From Blastocatellia bacterium (GTDB taxonomy: Bacteria; Acidobacteriota; Blastocatellia; UBA7656), in assembly GCA_963765495.1 (NCBI GenBank), contig CAVXWP010000001.1:512001-576000 (forward strand): DNA of 64,000 bases. Reading direction: 5' to 3'. Position 1 is the first letter of the stretch. Every line of letters starts with the position of its first letter. The notes beneath the pieces were generated by a model, which saw only the letters and a program-made list of their open reading frames with translations, was not told where the DNA came from and made no database searches. Position numbers and translations under genes: made by a program. Of this stretch, positions 59,528-64,000 are shown in pieces.

Positions 59528-59695
59528 GGATTCACAAGATTCCGAAGGATCGGCAAGATTTGAAGAAAATCTTTTTGAATCTGAGGAGGGTCAGGCAATT
59601 CCCCGCAGCTTGCTGCGGCTCCATTTCCTCCCCTCTTGCGCGATACCTCGCAGCTTGCTGCGAGGAGCTTCATTCCTCGAAAATCCTGTGAATCC
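59528..59695. repeat. Nonamer-type inverted repeat enclosing a palindromic miniature element
   Basis: GGATTCACAAGATT (59528) vs AATCCTGTGAATCC (ends 59695), 13/14 complementary. Confidence 0.65.
59576..59674 (+). mobile_element. Non-autonomous IS200/IS605-like palindromic miniature element (PATE-like)
   Basis: Two sister hairpins, CCGCAGCTTGCTGCGG (59603-59618) and CCTCGCAGCTTGCTGCGAGG (59646-59665), ending in AGCTTCATT; no ORF. Confidence 0.6.
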
Positions 59696-59734
59696 TGTCT
59701 ACGTATTTCTCGGCGAATGATTTAGAATCCCTGT

Positions 59735-60493
59735 GTGAACAAAGACCAGATCAGGGAATTGCTCGATGATGCGCGAGCGGGCCGCATAGACCTCGACGAA
59801 GCCGCCGACAAACTGGCCCGTCTGCCTTATGAAGACCTCTCGTTTGCGCGTGTTGACCATCATCGCGAATTGCGAGTAGGTTTCCCGGAAGTCATACTCG
59901 GTCAGGGAAAGTCGCTCGAACAGATACTGGCAATCGCCCGAAGCATTCTCGGCAACAGTTCGAACCTGCTTATCTCTCGAACCACCGAAGAAGTCTTCAG
60001 GCACATAAAAGAGATCGCCCCCGACGCCCAATATCACAATGAAGCGCGCATGGTTTCGGTGCTGCGCGACAGTCGAGAGAGGGGCGAAGGCATTATCGCG
60101 GTCATATCGGCAGGAACATCAGACATCCCCGTTGCAGAAGAGGCTGCCATCACCGCAACCGCTATGGGAAATCGCGTGGCCCGCATTTACGATGTAGGTG
60201 TAGCAGGCATTCACCGTCTGTTTGGCTCGCGCGCAGATTTCGAATCGGCTCGCGTAATAATCGTAGTGGCCGGGATGGAGGGGGCTCTGCCTTCGGTCGT
60301 GGGCGGGCTTGTGCCTGTGCCCGTGATAGCCGTGCCTACGAGCATAGGCTATGGCGCTTCCTTCAACGGGCTGGCCGCGCTTTTAGGGATGCTGAACTCC
60401 TGCGCTTCGAACGTCACGGTGGTCAACATAGACAACGGTTTCGGCGCGGGCTTTGTCGCAAGCCTTATCAACCGCCGGAGAGACGCGCCTTAA
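59735..60493 (+). CDS. larB: Nickel-pincer cofactor biosynthesis protein LarB
   Basis: [56 protein letters not shown]. Confidence 0.93.
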   Translation: MNKDQIRELLDDARAGRIDLDEAADKLARLPYEDLSFARVDHHRELRVGFPEVILGQGKSLEQILAIARSILGNSSNLLISRTTEEVFRHIKEIAPDAQYHNEARMVSVLRDSRERGEGIIAVISAGTSDIPVAEEAAITATAMGNRVARIYDVGVAGIHRLFGSRADFESARVIIVVAGMEGALPSVVGGLVPVPVIAVPTSIGYGASFNGLAALLGMLNSCASNVTVVNIDNGFGAGFVASLINRRRDAP

Positions 60494-60920
60494 CCATCTC
60501 GCTCATCGTCTTGCCGTCTACGGTCTTGCCCTCAAGCCTTGCGCGGGCAGACTTCATTACTGCGCCCATGTCTTTCATCGAAGACGCGCCCGTCTCCGCG
60601 ATGGCTTCATCAATCGCGTTCGACAGGTCCTGTTCAGAGGCAGCGGCGGGGAGATATGTCTCGATTATTTGCCCCTCTCGCTCTTCTTTTTCGGCAAGCT
60701 CGATTCTTCCCGCCGCGCGGTATTGCTCCGAGGCGTCGCGCCTCTGCTTGAGCAGAGTGTTTAAGACGCGCGCGGCTTCCGTGTCGTCCACTCCGCCCGG
60801 AAGTTCCGTCTCGCGCAGTTTGAGCGCGGTCTTTACCATACGCAACGCGCTCAGGCGCTCGGCCTCTTTTGCCTTCATCGCCTGGACGAGGTCGCTGTTG
60901 ATCTGTTCTACAATTGACAT
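60468..60920 (-). CDS. GatB/YqeY domain protein
   Basis: AMKAK...LR.VK...KQRRDA.EQY..AGR.ELAEKE..E...YLP...KDMGAVM; start moved to ATG 60920. Confidence 0.9.
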   Translation of the reverse strand: MSIVEQINSDLVQAMKAKEAERLSALRMVKTALKLRETELPGGVDDTEAARVLNTLLKQRRDASEQYRAAGRIELAEKEEREGQIIETYLPAAASEQDLSNAIDEAIAETGASSMKDMGAVMKSARARLEGKTVDGKTMSEMVKARLSGG

Positions 60921-60936
60921 ATTTATTCCTGTTTTA

Positions 60937-61479
60937 TTAGGTTTTTGTTTTAGCGCCAAGACAACGTTTCTTTTCGGCTTTAGCTCCTCTTTCGAGCCAC
61001 GAAATACATTCCTCATCAGTTTTATCAGGGTTTACCCATACAATAGCCCTTAACTCACCAATGCTTGTTGCCGCCATCCCAAAAAGATTACGCACTATCT
61101 CATCCAGAGAAACTATAACTCGATCTGTTGCCATTGCAGCTTCTATTAGGAGCATGTCTTTTAACATCGCCTTGCGGCTTTTATCATCAAAAGCCACTCG
61201 CTCAATTTTATTGTGCAATACTTCGTTCGAAGAAACAGTAACACTAACCAGCTTCTTTCGTGCAAACATCGAGACTCGCCATTGCATGGCAAATTTTGAT
61301 TGATGTCTTTTCCACTCTTTGCTGATGTCTTCTGTTAGTACAACACGATGGCAGATCTTTAGAGTGGCTTGTAAAAAATCTCGGCAGTGTTTTGATGTGG
61401 GATGAACGGCCTTCTCACCTCCTGAAGAGTGAATGACCGAAGCATCTATCACAAGACATCTGGAAGACTTTACAGGCAT
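60937..61479 (-). CDS. Hypothetical protein, PIN-like fold suspected
   Basis: LVIDASV at the N-terminus and KD.LLIEAA...IVSLD; AT-rich; 1-nt gap after the ATPase gene. Confidence 0.55.
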   Translation of the reverse strand: MPVKSSRCLVIDASVIHSSGGEKAVHPTSKHCRDFLQATLKICHRVVLTEDISKEWKRHQSKFAMQWRVSMFARKKLVSVTVSSNEVLHNKIERVAFDDKSRKAMLKDMLLIEAAMATDRVIVSLDEIVRNLFGMAATSIGELRAIVWVNPDKTDEECISWLERGAKAEKKRCLGAKTKT

Positions 61480-61480
61480 A

Positions 61481-62836
61481 TCAATTTATTATCTGTTGTG
61501 CTTCGGCTGCGTCAAGATACCGGCTTTCTGCGCTGAGGATCACTTCTCCAAAATCTTCGGGCCAATTTCCAAAAGCTCCGGCTTCGTTCAGGTCGGCGCT
61601 ATTGATTTGCGTGCTCCCGTCATTATTTCGTTCAAACCAGTGAAGCTTAACCAGATCAGGAGAGATGTTATTTTCGGCCACCAGTGTTTGAATCCCTAAG
61701 AGAAGCAGATTGCTGTGTGTTTCTATGACTACCTGTACGCCACGATTTGCGGCATCGGCCAGAATCTGGGCCATCGCTGATTGAGCGCGTGGATGAAGAT
61801 GCGTTTCCGGTTCTTCTATGTAAACCAGTTGTCCCGGCTCGGCCGCTATGAGCGCCACAAGTACAGGCAGGGTTTGCGAAACCCCAAATCCTACATCTGT
61901 GATACTGACTAAATCGTGAGCGCCGCCCCTGGAACCGTGCGGCAATCTTCCTACCTGCAATTCAACCTGCGTATCGTTGATCGGTTTCGCAACGATCTTC
62001 CAGGTTAATCCAAGTCTTTCCAAATCCTTGCTTAATTTCGAAAGCTTTTCTTCACTTTTTTCCGCCTGCCATTGGGCGATTATGCTTGCGGTATATTCCT
62101 GAAATGTGCCGGGGAATATCGGCCCAACGGCGGTTACGGGATAAGCTCTTTCGGGGTTGCCTCTGAGCGCCGGAAGATAAACCAGACTTCTAATATGGGG
62201 CTCTATTTCGAGACGTGGTTTAACCCCAGCAAATGCTGAAAGAGCGAGGTTATCTTCCTTCCACGTCAATACAGGCGATAAGAAAAAGCGATCACGTTTA
62301 ACCTTCCACGTAGGTTTAGATCTCGCGTCTTTATTAAAAACTCCATAAGAACCTTTATGATTGAAAGGAATAACGGACATTATTTCTTTATGTGTCATGC
62401 CAGGCCGCAATATCACTTGTTCATTATTTCTTGCAAAAACCGTTTGCTCAACCTCAAAACCCTTGCCGAGTTGCTTCTTGAAATATGTCGTAAGTGTGCT
62501 ATCAGGCTCTACCCCTATTCCGATATTAAATGTATCTTCACACTCTTTCTTACCGATGCGCGAGAGCACCTGATCGGCAGAGGTGAATTTTACATTAGGG
62601 CCATCAAGCAACAACGCGCCCGGATCATAACTGGATTCCAGTGTTTGCTTGAGCAAAAGTAGAGGCTGCATGATGCTGGACTTGCCTGAGCTATTGGCTC
62701 CCGCGAGTATAGTCAAGGGCCTGACTTCGATGGATTGCTCCCGACTTATGGACTTAAAACCGCAAACACTTAATCGAGTGATCCCTTGCTCTATCTGCTC
62801 AGATTTTGATTTGTTCGAGTTTCTTTTTTTACTCAT
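61481..62836 (-). CDS. ABC-type (AAA_15/AAA_21-like) ATPase with DUF3696-like C-terminus
   Basis: GFKS, Walker A GANSSGKS, signature-like VGFGVSQ, Walker B/D-loop IEEPETHLHP, H-loop IETHS, C-terminal GAFGNWPEDF. Confidence 0.85.
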   Translation of the reverse strand: MSKKRNSNKSKSEQIEQGITRLSVCGFKSISREQSIEVRPLTILAGANSSGKSSIMQPLLLLKQTLESSYDPGALLLDGPNVKFTSADQVLSRIGKKECEDTFNIGIGVEPDSTLTTYFKKQLGKGFEVEQTVFARNNEQVILRPGMTHKEIMSVIPFNHKGSYGVFNKDARSKPTWKVKRDRFFLSPVLTWKEDNLALSAFAGVKPRLEIEPHIRSLVYLPALRGNPERAYPVTAVGPIFPGTFQEYTASIIAQWQAEKSEEKLSKLSKDLERLGLTWKIVAKPINDTQVELQVGRLPHGSRGGAHDLVSITDVGFGVSQTLPVLVALIAAEPGQLVYIEEPETHLHPRAQSAMAQILADAANRGVQVVIETHSNLLLLGIQTLVAENNISPDLVKLHWFERNNDGSTQINSADLNEAGAFGNWPEDFGEVILSAESRYLDAAEAQQIIN

Positions 62837-62923
62837 CTCAATTTCTCCCTCGAATAATCAAAGTCTTGCATACCTTCTCTATTTTGCCAAATCAGCCCGA
62901 AATACCTGCCTCAAATCCCTCTG

Positions 62924-64000
62924 CTATCTGCGACCGGAAATCTTATCCCGGCCCGGCTTCTTCCCGTTTCCCTCTTCGTGTTCCAGCTTGTGAAAGTCGA
63001 GCATCACATCGGTCTGTGCGCGCAGGTCGCGCTCCAGACGATTCAGAGCCACCCTCACAACATCGCGGTGATGCACGCGGCGGCGGCTTGGAATGTTGCT
63101 CACTTGTAACCATATCTTGTGGATCAGATTCACATCCTCTTCGGTCAGGTGCGGCGCGTGAGCCCCAAGCGATACATCCTGCTCCTGCCCGTCGGGCGAT
63201 ATGATTCTCAATCGGGCCTGGCGGCGGGGCTTCTCGCCGAGCGCCTCCCACGAGCGCCCGAGTTCGCGCGCCTGTTCCTGTGCGGTCATCTTTGACGACA
63301 GCCCGGCGACGACCTCTGCCGAATCCAATCGGAGCGCCGTCTGCGCAACCGCGTCGGGCAAGCTGGTCGCCGGCACGATTACAAGTTCTACCGGCTTGCC
63401 GTGACGCTCGGCCATGCTGACTACCTGAGTGAATAACCTTTGCTCATATTCGGTGAAGAGATTTTCGTCATACAGGTCGCGCTCGCCGCTGCCGGGTCCG
63501 GTCAAGATACGCGTAGTCATAACCACTATATCCTGCTCTTCGGTATTGGTGCGTTCGAGCACGAATGCCAGATGCGCGAGCGTGTTGTAATCTCGCACGG
63601 CCACAAGCACGTTGCCCGGACGCGCGCTGACCGAGGCTTGATCAATAGTCTCGCGGTGCTGCAATTGAAACTGGTCGAGCATCGCAAGCGTCATGTCCTG
63701 TTTTCGCCGATTGATCCGCTCAGAGATCGTAAAGAGCACAAAGAATGTAACCGTAAAGGCGACGCCCGCGATTGTCGCCACCTGTTTGGTCAGCAGGTTG
63801 ATAAAGGCGGTCGAAAGCAGAATACACCCGACCGTGATGACCCCGGCGGGAATCTCTATGCGGCCCAGGCGAAAGTTCAGCGGCACGCGCCATTCGCGGT
63901 CTCCGGGCATCTTGTAGCGGAGGACGAAAGTGGCTATCGCGTTAAAGGTAAAGCTCCAGACTACGCCGAACGCGTAAGCCTCGCCGAGGATGAATATGTC
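62924..64000 (-). CDS. APC-family amino acid permease with USP-like cytoplasmic C-terminus (5' end outside the window)
   Basis: Frame open to the window edge (LGEAYAFGVVWSF...), TM helices, then VLVAVRD USP-like region. Confidence 0.75.
   Translation of the reverse strand, partial: DIFILGEAYAFGVVWSFTFNAIATFVLRYKMPGDREWRVPLNFRLGRIEIPAGVITVGCILLSTAFINLLTKQVATIAGVAFTVTFFVLFTISERINRRKQDMTLAMLDQFQLQHRETIDQASVSARPGNVLVAVRDYNTLAHLAFVLERTNTEEQDIVVMTTRILTGPGSGERDLYDENLFTEYEQRLFTQVVSMAERHGKPVELVIVPATSLPDAVAQTALRLDSAEVVAGLSSKMTAQEQARELGRSWEALGEKPRRQARLRIISPDGQEQDVSLGAHAPHLTEEDVNLIHKIWLQVSNIPSRRRVHHRDVVRVALNRLERDLRAQTDVMLDFHKLEHEEGNGKKPGRDKISGRR

Noticed and set aside
60921-61016. N-terminal extension of the YqeY ORF
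   Set aside because: Overlaps the PIN-like gene; the family start is MSIVEQI at 60920

Overview
A 64 kb, moderately GC-rich stretch of bacterial chromosome, mostly housekeeping and cell-envelope genes. The gene content (zf-HC2/TPR, IPT/TIG-tailed secreted proteins, UPF0182, J-PilZ) suggests Acidobacteriota, possibly Blastocatellia; this is inference only. Recognisable core genes are rnpB, glyA, a DinG-type helicase, pntA(I)/pntA(II)/pntB, larB, sixA, a RodZ-like protein and a PolA-family polymerase lacking the 5' nuclease. Mobile DNA comprises one apparently complete DDE insertion sequence (33555-35172) and a ~100 bp IS200/IS605-like palindromic miniature element (59576-59674). No CRISPR array, tRNA or rRNA was seen. 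Four observations stand out. (1) An exported rhodanese is cut short by the ORF track at an in-frame TGA but clearly continues (YCA-TGA-HNEATSA, followed by a SECIS-like hairpin), so it is a probable selenoprotein. (2) A tightly coupled three-gene operon encodes a cation/proton antiporter, a 1511-aa antiporter-helical-P-loop NTPase-winged-helix fusion and an MscS channel with a Pro-rich exported N-terminus. (3) A pervasive family of intergenic inverted 7-mer/9-mer tandem repeats supplies stop codons to genes and appears inside the RNase P RNA. (4) An AT-rich ABC-type ATPase plus PIN-like gene pair looks like a defence or toxin-antitoxin module. All family assignments come from motif reading, not database searches.
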